Positions 31,294 to 41,546 are shown, counted from the stretch's first letter. The stretch: DNA of 64,000 bases from an uncultured Verrucomicrobiae bacterium (GCA_963803285.1 CAWDMG010000006.1:34456-98455); one strand, 5' to 3'. The notes: generated from the letters alone by a model not told the origin. Numbers and translations: made by a program.

Positions 31294-31870
31294 CTATTTG
31301 TCGCTCAGGCGCGAGTCGATTACCTCGCACAACACGTGCAGCAAAAGCTGGTGGGCTTCCTGAACTCGCGCCGTTGAATCGCTTTTGACCAGGAGATCGA
31401 GATCAGCAATGCCGATCGTCGATCCGCCATCGCGCCCGAGAAATGCGATCGTTTTCAGCTTGCGCGCTTTCGCTTCCTCCAGTGCGCGAATCAAATTCTT
31501 CGAGTTCCCGGAAGTAGTCAGGCAGATGAGCACATCGCCCGGCTGAGCAAACGCTGCCACCTGACGCGCAAAAATTTCATCGAAGCCGTAGTCATTCCCT
31601 GCAGCGGTCAGAATTCCGCTATCGCTTGCGAGACAAATCGCCGGAAGCGCCGTTCGATCGTTGGCAAAACGTACAGACCAACTCGGTCGCGAAATGGGAT
31701 GCGTCAGTCGCGCTGCCGCCGTTCCCGCACACCAGCAATTTGTTTCCCGCACGCAAACATTGATCGATCAGATCTGCTGCCTTTCCAATCTGCGCATCAA
31801 GATCGACAAGCGATTGCAAAGTCTTGGTGGCGGCGGCAATCGCTTCATGGAGTTGAAGAAGATGAGACAT
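31294..31870 (-). pseudogene. gmhA: phosphoheptose isomerase (SIS domain), one extra base near 31671-31680
   Basis: ORF 31619-31936 gives LLVCGNGGSATDASHFATELV. ORF 31294-31752 continues RFANDRTALPAICLASDSG...TTSGNSKN in another frame. The length is 1 mod 3. Confidence 0.82.
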
Positions 31871-32102
31871 GGCGTCGGCGCTCGATTGGGATGAATAGCC
31901 GTTGATACAGCTTTTCAGTGCCTGAAGCAAAACCAATGATCAGCCGCTGCAAATACTTCGCAAACGAAGACTGCTTGCTCAAGGCGCCCGTGAGCTTTGT
32001 CCTCTAGCGTTCCGTCGTTTCATACTCCTGCCCGACCCGTGTCGGGAAGATCAACGTACGAGGTGAAATCACACCTTGCCTTGGCGTTCCGGCAGAATCA
32101 GC

Positions 32103-35100
32103 CTAAAAGGAAATGTTCGAGCCGCCGCCGTTGGGTGTGACCAGGAACTGGGTATTAGCATTTAGCCCCGGCAATATAATTGTAGCTACTTGGTGGCTAT
32201 ATCTGGAGACACTTAGCACCCCGGTAGTAGCATCATATTGCGCGGTTGTTCCATTCGGATCTAGATTTGTGAAGTTTAATATGTCGCCGGAATGAAAATT
32301 TCTAACCCGAATACCGTCCAGATTAGCAATTATGTCTTGAATTTCATTATTGTTTGGACCGGCTATGACAACATCGGCTCCACCACCAGGTTTAATAAGA
32401 TTGTTATAGACGCTGCCCTGGATCACCTCTCCCAGGCTGGTGCCCAGAATTAGATATTGCTGCTTTCCATCAAGCCGATAAATCGTGATGCTAGCGGGGT
32501 TGGTGCCTATCTCGGCAGTCGATTCATGTATACTAATAAACCGTGTAACTCCGTTGGAGTACACAGTCACTGTGCCGTCAGGATGCTGACGACTCAATGC
32601 AGTCGTGGTATGACCCTCGCCCCATACGTGTTGCATTCGAACAATATCGCCGGGCACCAGTAACCTAAACCAGTTCTTGGCGGGGTTGGGCCCGACGCCC
32701 GTATACGCCATTCGCCAGAAGCCTCCCTCCACGTTGTCCGTTGGATCGGGATAAAAGTTCGGCAGGGGCTGGGACGCGCCGGCAGCCGCAGCCACATTGT
32801 CAGCTATCCAATTGCAAAGGTTTGTGTTGGGAACATCTGGAAAGGTATTTTCTAAGCTCTGAGCTGCGGCAACGATATCAGCCGGTGTTGGCTTGCCTGG
32901 TGTCAATCCCACACCTTGAGCTACGGCAGGATCAACAGTCCACACGCTGTATTTGACGATTTCTGACTCCCGACCCGAGCTAGCTCGCGTGACTTGGGCG
33001 TCGAATTGAGCCGGATTATTGATGTTATTCCCGACACGCAGCTCAACTTCGTGAATGTCTTGGACAACATACATCTCCTTTGGAGATATCTGCCTGCCCT
33101 TTACGAACCACGCTGGGGTAACGGCCAAGCGCCGCCACTCATGGGGAGGGACCACGTTCAGCCAGTAACTGTAGTCATTTGATATGTATGGCTGCGGTTT
33201 AGGAGACCGTAGCGTGATGCTATAGAACCCAGGAGTCGAAGTACCGAACGACTGGGAAAAAATGGTTTCCAGCGACACCTTGCTACCTGTGGGCGCGATC
33301 ACCGGTACAGGCATCGACTGCTCTAAGACAGTTGTGCCCCCGGGTAAGTAGGTGACGCGCGTGCCCCTGTTCCCGTCGCTACTGAGAGCAAAATCATTTC
33401 GCGTTAGCGGCAGGTGGGATGGGAACAGGCCTGTGCTCCCATCAACAATGGTCTGAACGTGAATCTCACCAAGGGGACCCGTCCGATTTGGTTCCGCAAA
33501 AAGCTTGAGTAAGTACACTTTATCTTTATCCGAAGGCTGTACGCCCACGGATTGAGCTTGGATCCCCGGAAAATCAATTCGGGCGCCTGCCACCGGGGTA
33601 AACCCAACTGTTCCATGAAACATTCTATGGTTGCCGATCGAAATCCGGCCCGTGCCGTCGGCGAAATCGATTCGTTCGCCGGACTCGACAGCCCCTTTGA
33701 TGGAGAGGTAGCCGCCAGACTCGAGGCTAAGTATACCTGCTCCTCCAAGAGTGGTGCCTTCGGCTATGTCAGCAGCCCCTTCGATCTCAATGATGGGAAT
33801 GATAATCTCTTTATCGGTAACGACTCTTTCTGTAACAATTTTTCGCCCCTTGAGAAACAAAGAGCTTTCCTGCGTGACCAAGGCCTTGACCACGCCCTTA
33901 GTAGTCGGTCTATGCGTAGCTGTTACCGTCGGCGTAGAAGTCGCATTTTCACTTGAAGACGCGACGGTTCCAAACTCGTCGGTCGAGTCGATATCCGTTT
34001 TCGCATGCGAATCAGTGAGAGTGAATGTACCGTCTCCTGCATCGATCGTTAGGGCGCTGCCCGCCTCGACCGTGATGGTCCCATTCACCCCCTTGTGCTC
34101 CTCTTCTTGCCCGGCAAGAGCAAAGGATACGTTGCCCTGGCAGGACAGCATGGCGTTAACCGTAGATGCTCCCGGAGCTCCGCCCGTGACGGTTAGGCCC
34201 CCTTCGATGAACTTAACTGACGCGGCGCTCAGCGTAACTGAGCCGCCGTCGGTACTCCCCAGCGCGATTTGTACGTCCTTGATGTCCCGGTCTGAAATTG
34301 CCGGTGAGTTCGAAGTGCCTGGTGGAATGGCAGCAGTGTCACCCCTTCCAGGGACACCGTTGGGTTTCCAATTCGCGGGATTCTCCCAGTGGCTATCGAC
34401 TGCACCTGTCCAGGTATAGGTGGCACTTGCACGACGACCTTCCAGGAGAGCAACGCCCGTGGTATTGTTTACACCGCGTACGATCGCGGTGTAGTTACCA
34501 GGTGGCAGAGTCACATTAATCGCGGACTCGTTTCCATTCCCAGGAGCTAACCCGCTGTTGAGGATGTCGCGGACCTGGTCGGCGCCAATAATCCCGCCGA
34601 TCGCCGTATGCTGCCAGTTATCATTAGAAGCAATCAAAGCTCCCGTGCTGTCATACAGTTCCAGCGTCGGATCGGCCAGTGTATTGGGTATACCATATTT
34701 ACTGAGCTCAGGGCCAATGGCGCGCAGAATTACCCCCTTTGGTTTAGTCCCTGGAATAGTGAAACCGCCAATCATCACCTTGTCACCAGTCTGGACATAA
34801 CCGCGAGTACTGAGGTCGCCGAGAATTGAACTAGTTTCCGGGCTAAGATCGTACACTTCCACGAGGCCAACTCCAGTAAGGTTGTTTAGACCTCGGACGA
34901 TCGCAGTGTAGCTGCCTTTTGGCAGATCCGCGATGATTGCCGACTCAAAGGGGTCGCTCGGAGCGTAGCCGCTGGCTTGAATCTCGTGGACTTGATTGCT
35001 GGTAATAATCCCACCGATGATCGTCGTTGCCCAGTTGTTATTGGAGGCAATTAAAGCTCCCGTGACGTCATGGAGCTCCAATGTCGGATTAGCCAATACA

Positions 35101-35369
35101 TCGGGAATGCCATACTGAGTAAGCTCCGGGCCAATCGCCCGAATAATGACCTTCTTTAATTGCGCGCCTTCAACAATGAAGCCGCCGATTACCACGCTGT
35201 CGCCAGTCTGGACGAAGGCGCGCGTGCTGATATTGGAGAGCGTCGATTCGGTAACGGTAGGTGCAGTCGTAGCGATCGCACGGAAACTGGTGTCGCCCAC
35301 GAGACAAGCAACGACGAGCAGCAGTAGAAGAAGTAGTTTTTTCATTTTAGGAGGATGGAGATTGCGCAT
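32103..35369 (-). CDS. very large secreted multidomain protein (two ~135-aa beta-sandwich-like repeats, Gly/Thr-rich beta-helix-like middle, Cys-His papain-like module, RTX-like C-terminus)
   Basis: Signal peptide MKKLLLLLLLVVACLVG (ATG at 35345 or 35369). Repeats of NISTR..VQTGD..IGGF...IRAIGPEL..YGI...LA.PTLEL...VEVYDL. LCNWIADNVAAAAG...GDIVRMQHVWGEGHTTTAL. GGGADVVIAGPNNNE. Confidence 0.7.
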   Translation of the reverse strand: MRNLHPPKMKKLLLLLLLVVACLVGDTSFRAIATTAPTVTESTLSNISTRAFVQTGDSVVIGGFIVEGAQLKKVIIRAIGPELTQYGIPDVLANPTLELHDVTGALIASNNNWATTIIGGIITSNQVHEIQASGYAPSDPFESAIIADLPKGSYTAIVRGLNNLTGVGLVEVYDLSPETSSILGDLSTRGYVQTGDKVMIGGFTIPGTKPKGVILRAIGPELSKYGIPNTLADPTLELYDSTGALIASNDNWQHTAIGGIIGADQVRDILNSGLAPGNGNESAINVTLPPGNYTAIVRGVNNTTGVALLEGRRASATYTWTGAVDSHWENPANWKPNGVPGRGDTAAIPPGTSNSPAISDRDIKDVQIALGSTDGGSVTLSAASVKFIEGGLTVTGGAPGASTVNAMLSCQGNVSFALAGQEEEHKGVNGTITVEAGSALTIDAGDGTFTLTDSHAKTDIDSTDEFGTVASSSENATSTPTVTATHRPTTKGVVKALVTQESSLFLKGRKIVTERVVTDKEIIIPIIEIEGAADIAEGTTLGGAGILSLESGGYLSIKGAVESGERIDFADGTGRISIGNHRMFHGTVGFTPVAGARIDFPGIQAQSVGVQPSDKDKVYLLKLFAEPNRTGPLGEIHVQTIVDGSTGLFPSHLPLTRNDFALSSDGNRGTRVTYLPGGTTVLEQSMPVPVIAPTGSKVSLETIFSQSFGTSTPGFYSITLRSPKPQPYISNDYSYWLNVVPPHEWRRLAVTPAWFVKGRQISPKEMYVVQDIHEVELRVGNNINNPAQFDAQVTRASSGRESEIVKYSVWTVDPAVAQGVGLTPGKPTPADIVAAAQSLENTFPDVPNTNLCNWIADNVAAAAGASQPLPNFYPDPTDNVEGGFWRMAYTGVGPNPAKNWFRLLVPGDIVRMQHVWGEGHTTTALSRQHPDGTVTVYSNGVTRFISIHESTAEIGTNPASITIYRLDGKQQYLILGTSLGEVIQGSVYNNLIKPGGGADVVIAGPNNNEIQDIIANLDGIRVRNFHSGDILNFTNLDPNGTTAQYDATTGVLSVSRYSHQVATIILPGLNANTQFLVTPNGGGSNISF

Positions 35370-35735
35370 TCTTGCGCTGGCGCGCGCCGATGCTGCCGCC
35401 CCCTTTGGTACAGTGTCAATAACAAAACTTTGCAGCCGGTTCTGACCGAATCCGGCAATTGACCGGCAACGGAAGCTAATGAAGAAACGGTTGTCACTCA
35501 GTCTCGGCCCCAAGCTTACGGGGAACGCGGCGCGAGGCCGTTTTGGAGCGGGTTATCACGCGAAACTATTATGCATTTCATGGTCTCCGCTCCGCGCACG
35601 ATGGATAATGCCGCTGAAGGATTTCGCATCTCGCCATTTCGCCCACACAACGCCTGATGACGGCTGCGGCCTACTAACGAGGAATTTTCCAGGTAATACT
35701 GACCTGGCACCACGCTTTTGGATAGAGAGGAAAGA

Positions 35736-35810
<75 letters not shown>

Positions 35811-35876
35811 ATGGAAGCCAGAAGTGATAACTGATCGGTGATCAGTAATCAGTCAAGACCCAGGAGGACCAATCAC

Positions 35877-36581
35877 ATGCATGGCCACAGATCAGATCGA
35901 TACTGGACAACCAGAACACCTCAGACGAACATTTCGCTCCCTGTGAGCACACTTTTTTTCAAGCGTTTTCTGAAGCGTCCCTTCCAAATCGCCTCGATTG
36001 TACCCAGTTCTAAGGCGATGGTGGAACGTGTCGCCGGCAAAATGGATTTCACCCAGCCGCGCGTGATCGCGGAGTACGGCCCTGGCGAAGGCGTGCACTC
36101 GCGTGAGATCGCGCGACGGATGACACCGGATTCGCATTTGCTCCTGTTTGAACTCGACGCGGCACTGGCAAGAGCACTGGAACGGCAATTTGCAGGCGAT
36201 CGACGCGTGCATGTGATTCATGGCGATGCGGCCTCGTTGCCATACGAGCTGAAGCGCCGCGGATTCGCTTCGTGCGATTACATTCTCTCCGGCATCCCCT
36301 TCAGCATCCTCAAGATCGAGAAGAAACGCGCACTGCTGCGAAAAACGTACGATGCGCTCAAGACGGACGGCAAGTTTATCATTTACCAGGTCACCAATGA
36401 GTTGAGGCAACACGCCACCGTTTTCCAGCGCGACGAATCGGAATATTTTCTGCAAAATATCCCGCCAATGTTTATCACGGTATTTCACAAAGTACCGTCC
36501 GCACAGGGCGGCGCACGCACGTCCACGAAATCGAAAGGCCGTTCGCGCCTCGCCGGCGTCGGCGCAGAGCGTTCGGCATGA
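35877..36581 (+). CDS. class I SAM-dependent methyltransferase (phospholipid N-methyltransferase/COG3963-like)
   Basis: FLKRPFQIASIVPSSKAMVERV and EYGPGEGVHSREI (motif I). AGGAGG lies ~10 nt upstream of the ATG at 35877. The stop overlaps the fumC start (ATGA). Confidence 0.75.
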   Translation: MHGHRSDRYWTTRTPQTNISLPVSTLFFKRFLKRPFQIASIVPSSKAMVERVAGKMDFTQPRVIAEYGPGEGVHSREIARRMTPDSHLLLFELDAALARALERQFAGDRRVHVIHGDAASLPYELKRRGFASCDYILSGIPFSILKIEKKRALLRKTYDALKTDGKFIIYQVTNELRQHATVFQRDESEYFLQNIPPMFITVFHKVPSAQGGARTSTKSKGRSRLAGVGAERSA

Positions 36582-37991
36582 CGGAAAAACTGACGCGAAT
36601 CGAAAAAGATTCGATGGGCGAGATGACCGTGCCCACGGATGCTCTCCACGGCGCGTCCACGCATCGCGCAGTTTTGAATTTTCCAGTAAGCGGCTACCGA
36701 TTTCCCCGGCCATTCATTCGCGCGTTGGGTCTAATCAAGTGGGCGGCGGCGAAGGCAAACCAGGAATTAGGTTTGCTTGACGCCAACCAGGCAACGGCAA
36801 TCGCACACGCGGCCGAAGAAGTCGCCGAAGGAAAACTCGACGACCATTTTCCGCTCGACATTTTTCAGACCGGTTCAGGCACGAGCACCAATACAAACGC
36901 GAACGAAGTGATCGCGAACCGGTCGGCGCAATTGTCAGGGAAGTCGATCGGATCGCACGACCCTGTTCATCCCAACGATCACGTCAATATGGGGCAGTCA
37001 AGCAACGACGTGATTCCCTCGGCAATTCACATCAGCGCCGCCGAGGAATTGAAGAATCATTTGATTCCGACTCTGGAAAAATTGCACCGCGCCCTCGAAG
37101 CCAAGGCGAAAGAATTCTGGCACGTCATGAAAATTGGGCGCACGCATTTGATGGATGCGACGCCGGTGCGACTCGGCCAGGAATTCTCCGGCTACGCGCA
37201 GCAGGTCGCGTATGCGAAGGCGCGCGCGGAGAAAGCGATCGAAGCTTTGCGCGAGGTTGCGCTCGGCGGGACCGCAGTCGGCACCGGTCTGAATCGCCAT
37301 ATCGATTTTCCCAAAAAAGTGCTGCACCACATCGAGCAGCGTACCGGGCATAGCATTTTACGAGGCCAAAAATCATTTCGAAGCCCAAGGCGGCAAGGAC
37401 GCAGTTGTAGAGGCGAGCGGCCACCTAAAAACTATCGCCGTAACTCTCTTCAAAATCGCGAATGACATTCGCTGGCTCAGCAGCGGGCCGCGGTGCGGCA
37501 TCGGCGAAATTCAACTGCCCGCCACGCAGCCGGGCAGCTCCATCATGCCGGGAAAAGTAAACCCAGTGATGGCCGAATCGCTCATGATGGTGTGTGCACA
37601 AGTGATCGGCAACGACGTGACAATCACCTGGGCAGGCGCGAACGGAAACTTCGAGCTGAACGTGATGATGCCGGTAATGGCGCACGACATCCTGGAATCC
37701 ATCCGGTTGCTGGCGAACGTGGTGGATATCTTCACCGAAAAATGCGTGCTAGGCATCGTGGCCAACGAGGAACGTTGCCGCGAGTTGGTGGAGCTTTCGA
37801 TGGCCATGGTGACCAGCCTCTCGCCAAAGATCGGTTACGATCGCGCGGCGGAAATTGCCAAGGAGAGCGCCAAAACCGGACGAACCGTTCGCGAGATTGC
37901 ACGAGAAAAAAAGATTTTGCCCGACGACGAACTCGAGCGCGCACTGGATCCGATCAAAATGACCGAGCCCGGGGGAACCGGCGGGGACTGA
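36578..37991 (+). pseudogene. fumC: class II fumarate hydratase, one extra base in a G run near 37346-37348
   Basis: The N-terminal ORF has QTGSGTSTNTNANEV and GQSSNDV. After ...IEQRTG the sequence IAFYEAKNHFEAQGGKDAVVEASG...GSSIMPGKVNPV continues in another frame to 37991. The length is 1 mod 3. Confidence 0.9.
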
Positions 37992-37998
37992 TCAATTT

Positions 37999-38376
37999 GT
38001 GGTTGCCAAACTCGAAGGGCCGCGGTTTTCGGGCGGTGCGAACATCGCGATCAAGTGCCCGAGCCACACGTATGAGCAGACTGTTGCGTTTTATCGCGAC
38101 ACGCTGGGGCTGCCCTTGATCGAGGAGGAAAAGGACGGTTGCATTTTTCAATTCGGCCCCAACCGGCTTTGGATCGATAACGTGCCGAACCTGAGTCATC
38201 CGGACATCTGGCTGGAATTGGAGACGAACGATACCGAAGCGGCCGCGTCATTTCTAAAAGTTCATGGCGTCTCGCGTCGCGACGAAGTCGAGCAGTTGCG
38301 CGAAGACTTTAACGGCTTCTTCATCTCCGCGCCCAATGGAGTGATTCATCTGGTTGTGGGGCCAGAGGAAGTGTGA
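37999..38376 (+). CDS. VOC/glyoxalase-fold family protein
   Basis: 125 aa with YEQTVAFYRDTLGLPLIEEE and a C-terminal beta-alpha-beta-beta-beta pattern. Confidence 0.65.
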   Translation: MVAKLEGPRFSGGANIAIKCPSHTYEQTVAFYRDTLGLPLIEEEKDGCIFQFGPNRLWIDNVPNLSHPDIWLELETNDTEAAASFLKVHGVSRRDEVEQLREDFNGFFISAPNGVIHLVVGPEEV

Positions 38377-38377
38377 C

Positions 38378-38454
38378 GGCGCGCACGGAGTGACGCGCCC
38401 CACCAATGAACGGCGAACGTCCGGGTTGGTAGGGCGGGCAGTCCTCTGCCCGCC
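38378..38454. repeat. REP cluster (GGCGCGCACGGAGTGACGCGCC + GTAGGGCGGGCAGTCCTCTGCCCGCC)
   Basis: Both units recur together at 57527-57592. Confidence 0.8.
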
Positions 38455-38464
38455 ATTTAATCTT

Positions 38465-39154
38465 TCAATCTTCACGAGCAATCGCACCGCCACTCCATCG
38501 CCCGACCCATGTGCTCCAGCCGTAAAATCCCAGCGGATCCAACAAACCTTCCGCCACTAATGCGTCCACGTCCGCGCGGCTTGGCGTGATCTTTTCGTTG
38601 GCATCAGCGCCATATATGTCGTCGATCACCATCCAGCTTCCCTCGGCAAATTTGTCGCGGTAACAGTCGACGTCTCTGCGTTTGGCAGCATCGGCATCGA
38701 GGATTAACAGCCCGACTTGATCCGAACCGAGTGCTTGACGGACAGCCGACATCGTTTCCGGCTTAAACGACTGTCCCTTAACCAGTGTGACCATGTTCGC
38801 CACACGCTCCCTGGCGAGATTGCGTTCCAAATCGCGCAAGATATTGCGAGTGCCGAGCCGTTTGTGTTTCACGCTGCCGCCGGGTTCGATCGCGATGAGT
38901 TTCTTCTCCTGACCTGAATCGCGGACGCCTAACGCTGCGGCGATTGTTGCTCCTCCAACAAACGCGCCGATCTCGAGAATCGCGCCGGAGCAAAGCTTCG
39001 CGAAGTGATAAACCAAAATCAACACGTCCACGTGGAGCATGGAGTATTTGTCGCGGATCTTCATTAGCTGCGAATGAATTGGCTCGTGACGGTAGGCCAT
39101 CACCCTGTGCATCAGATCCAGGCAGTCGTTATCGGTATCATCGCGCATGATCAT
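38465..39154 (-). CDS. class I SAM-dependent methyltransferase (Methyltransf_24/O-methyltransferase-like)
   Basis: ILEIGAFVGGATIAAA (motif I), LLILDAD, WMVIDDIYG. The start is uncertain (ATG at 39154, 39148 or 39112). Confidence 0.7.
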   Translation of the reverse strand: MIMRDDTDNDCLDLMHRVMAYRHEPIHSQLMKIRDKYSMLHVDVLILVYHFAKLCSGAILEIGAFVGGATIAAALGVRDSGQEKKLIAIEPGGSVKHKRLGTRNILRDLERNLARERVANMVTLVKGQSFKPETMSAVRQALGSDQVGLLILDADAAKRRDVDCYRDKFAEGSWMVIDDIYGADANEKITPSRADVDALVAEGLLDPLGFYGWSTWVGRWSGGAIARED

Positions 39155-39159
39155 CCCTG

Positions 39160-39745
39160 TAGCGGCGGTCTGTGACCGGCCTGGAATCTTATTTTCCCGA
39201 GCGATCCTTCTAGCGCGAAAATCTCTCCCACATACGGCCAATCCTCAGCGACTTGCTACAAGATCCCGCCCGGACGGGAATCATCGCGAACATAGTTCCA
39301 CATTTCTGAATACGAGGAGCATTCACTGACTCCGAAGCAGGTGATCGAAGAATGTTTTCTGCCAATGCGGTGGAGCAACTCCATTTTCACTCAGCGTCTT
39401 CGAGATAGTGTTCTTCAAAGACTTCATCCAGCGATTGCCGCTATCGCCGCCCATTGTTCGTCATTAGTTAGCAGACGAGATAGGTGCAAATGATCTGGCA
39501 TCGAACACATGATGCGAGGGCCGACCGACGTCGCTTTCCATGCGAAGGGCCTTCTTGCGACGAAACGCAGACAAGTTGATAAACGTCGAGGTTTTCGTGG
39601 TCAGAATCGTTCGACGATTTTGCGGGTGCGCGTTCTCGTCCAAGTCTGTGATAATCGACGCTAATCGACATCAGGAGGAGGACGAAATCGAGACCGATAC
39701 CCAGGCGGCGTTTCCGAAAATATTCGGACAAGCTCACAGAGCGCC
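39160..39745 (-). pseudogene. decayed IS200/RAYT-type Y1 HUH transposase-like gene
   Basis: The pieces are spread over three frames of the minus strand. They are RKRRLGIGLDF, MPDHLHL (39481-39501, HUH motif), HWQKTFFDHLLRS (about 39325-39367), SYSEMWNYVRD..PVRAG, and QVAEDWPYVGEI (about 39220-39255). Several stops and shifts lie between them. Confidence 0.5.
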
Positions 39746-39762
39746 GCTACGGTAGATTGCGT

Positions 39763-41175
39763 TCACGGCTTTCGTTTCTTGACGGGATTTCGGGTCACGG
39801 CGGGTGAACGTCCTCGCGCGAACGTCGAATTTGCCGGCATACTCGCTGCGGGGCTGGAAATGCTAAATGCGAAAGTCGCCGATGGCGAAGGAGACGGCGT
39901 TCCTGACGCAGTTGACGAAGGAGACGGCGAAGGACTCGGAGTCGGGCTGGGAGTGGGGGAAGGAATAATGTTTTCCCAACGATGCAGCGGCACGCTGGCA
40001 CCGCCGATCTCTTTCACCAGCGTTTCGCAACGCGCGTGGATTTTGTCCAAGTCAGGCGGACCAAATGGCTTCTCAGCCGTTCCTGGGAAAATGATATAGC
40101 TCACTTTCAAATCGCTCACCGGTCGATTGTAAGCGGTTGCAAGCGCGTTGAGTTCTTTTGCGATGCGCAGCGACGCCTCGCCGACTTTGTCGTTGGGACC
40201 GACATCTCCGACGATGACTGGGTAAATCGCATCGCCGAAAACTACGACCGCGTAATCGCCTACTTTAACTGGATCGGGGCCACGGGTAAACGTGCCCGGC
40301 ACCACAATGAACGGATCGGTCGTGCCGATCAGAAAACTAAACTTTTTCAGGGTGCCAATCTCGGCACGCAATTCCGCGATTGCGTTGCGCAGGTCCCGTT
40401 TACGCGCGGGCGCGGTACTTGCCAGCGCGTACTCGTCTTCTGCCCGTTTCAATCGCTGTTCGCTCCCGGCGAGATACGGGTTGGGCGCGTCCGTTTTCTT
40501 TTCCCAACGATAACTGGTGGCCGGCTTGAAATTCGCCGGCGCACCGGTGCCAGCAGGCAGGCGATCAGAATCGGACCCGTCGGCGTCCACATCCATCTCC
40601 GCCTGAAGCAGGAGCGCCTTTCGATGAGTTTCGGGATGCTGAAGCTGTAGAACCGTCTGACAATCGAAAAAGTTATGCCGCGACAAAAGCAGATCGAGAC
40701 GGCCAAGGTTCTCGCGCAGCATTCTGACTTTCGTGTCGTAAAGCTGCCCAAACAGCGGCGAGACCGAATCAGCTGATAGCATCGAGGTCAAACCGGGCAA
40801 AAGTGTGGGCAGTTGGGGACTGATTTTTGCCAGTTCCTCGATCGTCTTGTTCGGCGTAGGCACGCGCGCCAGCAGCTTGAGATCCAGTACGTAACTCTCA
40901 GGTTGGATGCGTTCGGTTGCAGCATCGGCTCCGGGAGTCGTCTCAACGGTCGAGTGAAATGTGATGCCGTTGAACAGTTTTGCGGTGTCCAACTTTCCCG
41001 TGATCACCGGCGGCCGGGTTGCCGTCGGTGCGGGTGTTGGCGTTTCGGATATCTCAATGGGCGCGAAGCGTTGCAATCGTTCAAGTGAGATCCAGCGATA
41101 GACGATCGCGGCGAAAATCGCGGCGAATAGAACCAGAACCAGCCGCCGCCACGTACAAAGGCGAATTTTTCCCAC
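39763..41175 (-). CDS. membrane-anchored glycoside hydrolase family 75 (chitosanase)-like protein with Pro/Ser/Thr-rich tail
   Basis: N-terminal TM segment. MDVDADGSDSD and VIVGDVGPNDKVGEASLRIAKEL resemble the GH75 DxDxDG and GD.GP...GEaS motifs. Confidence 0.55.
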   Translation of the reverse strand: MGKIRLCTWRRLVLVLFAAIFAAIVYRWISLERLQRFAPIEISETPTPAPTATRPPVITGKLDTAKLFNGITFHSTVETTPGADAATERIQPESYVLDLKLLARVPTPNKTIEELAKISPQLPTLLPGLTSMLSADSVSPLFGQLYDTKVRMLRENLGRLDLLLSRHNFFDCQTVLQLQHPETHRKALLLQAEMDVDADGSDSDRLPAGTGAPANFKPATSYRWEKKTDAPNPYLAGSEQRLKRAEDEYALASTAPARKRDLRNAIAELRAEIGTLKKFSFLIGTTDPFIVVPGTFTRGPDPVKVGDYAVVVFGDAIYPVIVGDVGPNDKVGEASLRIAKELNALATAYNRPVSDLKVSYIIFPGTAEKPFGPPDLDKIHARCETLVKEIGGASVPLHRWENIIPSPTPSPTPSPSPSPSSTASGTPSPSPSATFAFSISSPAASMPANSTFARGRSPAVTRNPVKKRKP

Positions 41176-41179
41176 GCGA

Positions 41180-41497
41180 CTACTTTCTTACCCAGGCGAC
41201 GATTGCTGCAATAATCCCGATCACGCTCAGCACTGACATCATGCCAGCAGGCATGATTCTGCCGGTGCGAAAGAATTTGGGCACGAACTGCCCAGCCAGC
41301 AAAACCGAAATGATCAGCGCAGTCGCTAGTCCGGCGACGCGGTGTTCAGGCAAAAGAAATGCCGCTACGAGCAGCAAAACTCCTGTGATTGCCCCTGCAA
41401 TAATCGACGCCGTACTGCCAGCCTTTACGTAACCGACGATGCCGCCGGCGATTGTGAGCAGGCCAAAAATGATGAAATAAATCTTTGCCGCTTCCAT
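41180..41497 (-). CDS. TMEM14 family small membrane protein
   Basis: 105 aa with four Gly/Ala-rich TM helices (IFGLLTIAGGIVGYVKAGSTASIIAGAITG). Confidence 0.7.
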   Translation of the reverse strand: MEAAKIYFIIFGLLTIAGGIVGYVKAGSTASIIAGAITGVLLLVAAFLLPEHRVAGLATALIISVLLAGQFVPKFFRTGRIMPAGMMSVLSVIGIIAAIVAWVRK

Positions 41498-41546
41498 TTC
41501 GAATGCGCCACTTGGTAAGCCAACTGGACGCCGCTGTCCAGCATTG

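Noticed and set aside
35892-36713. 273-aa minus-strand ORF
   Set aside because: It lies antisense to the well-supported methyltransferase and fumC genes. It is Arg/Ala-rich with no family motifs, typical of a shadow ORF in GC-rich DNA.
39468-39737. 89-aa minus-strand ORF as a real gene
   Set aside because: Only its first third looks protein-like. The neighbouring frames carry the MPDHLHL and other transposase blocks, so it is one frame of the decayed RAYT-like gene.
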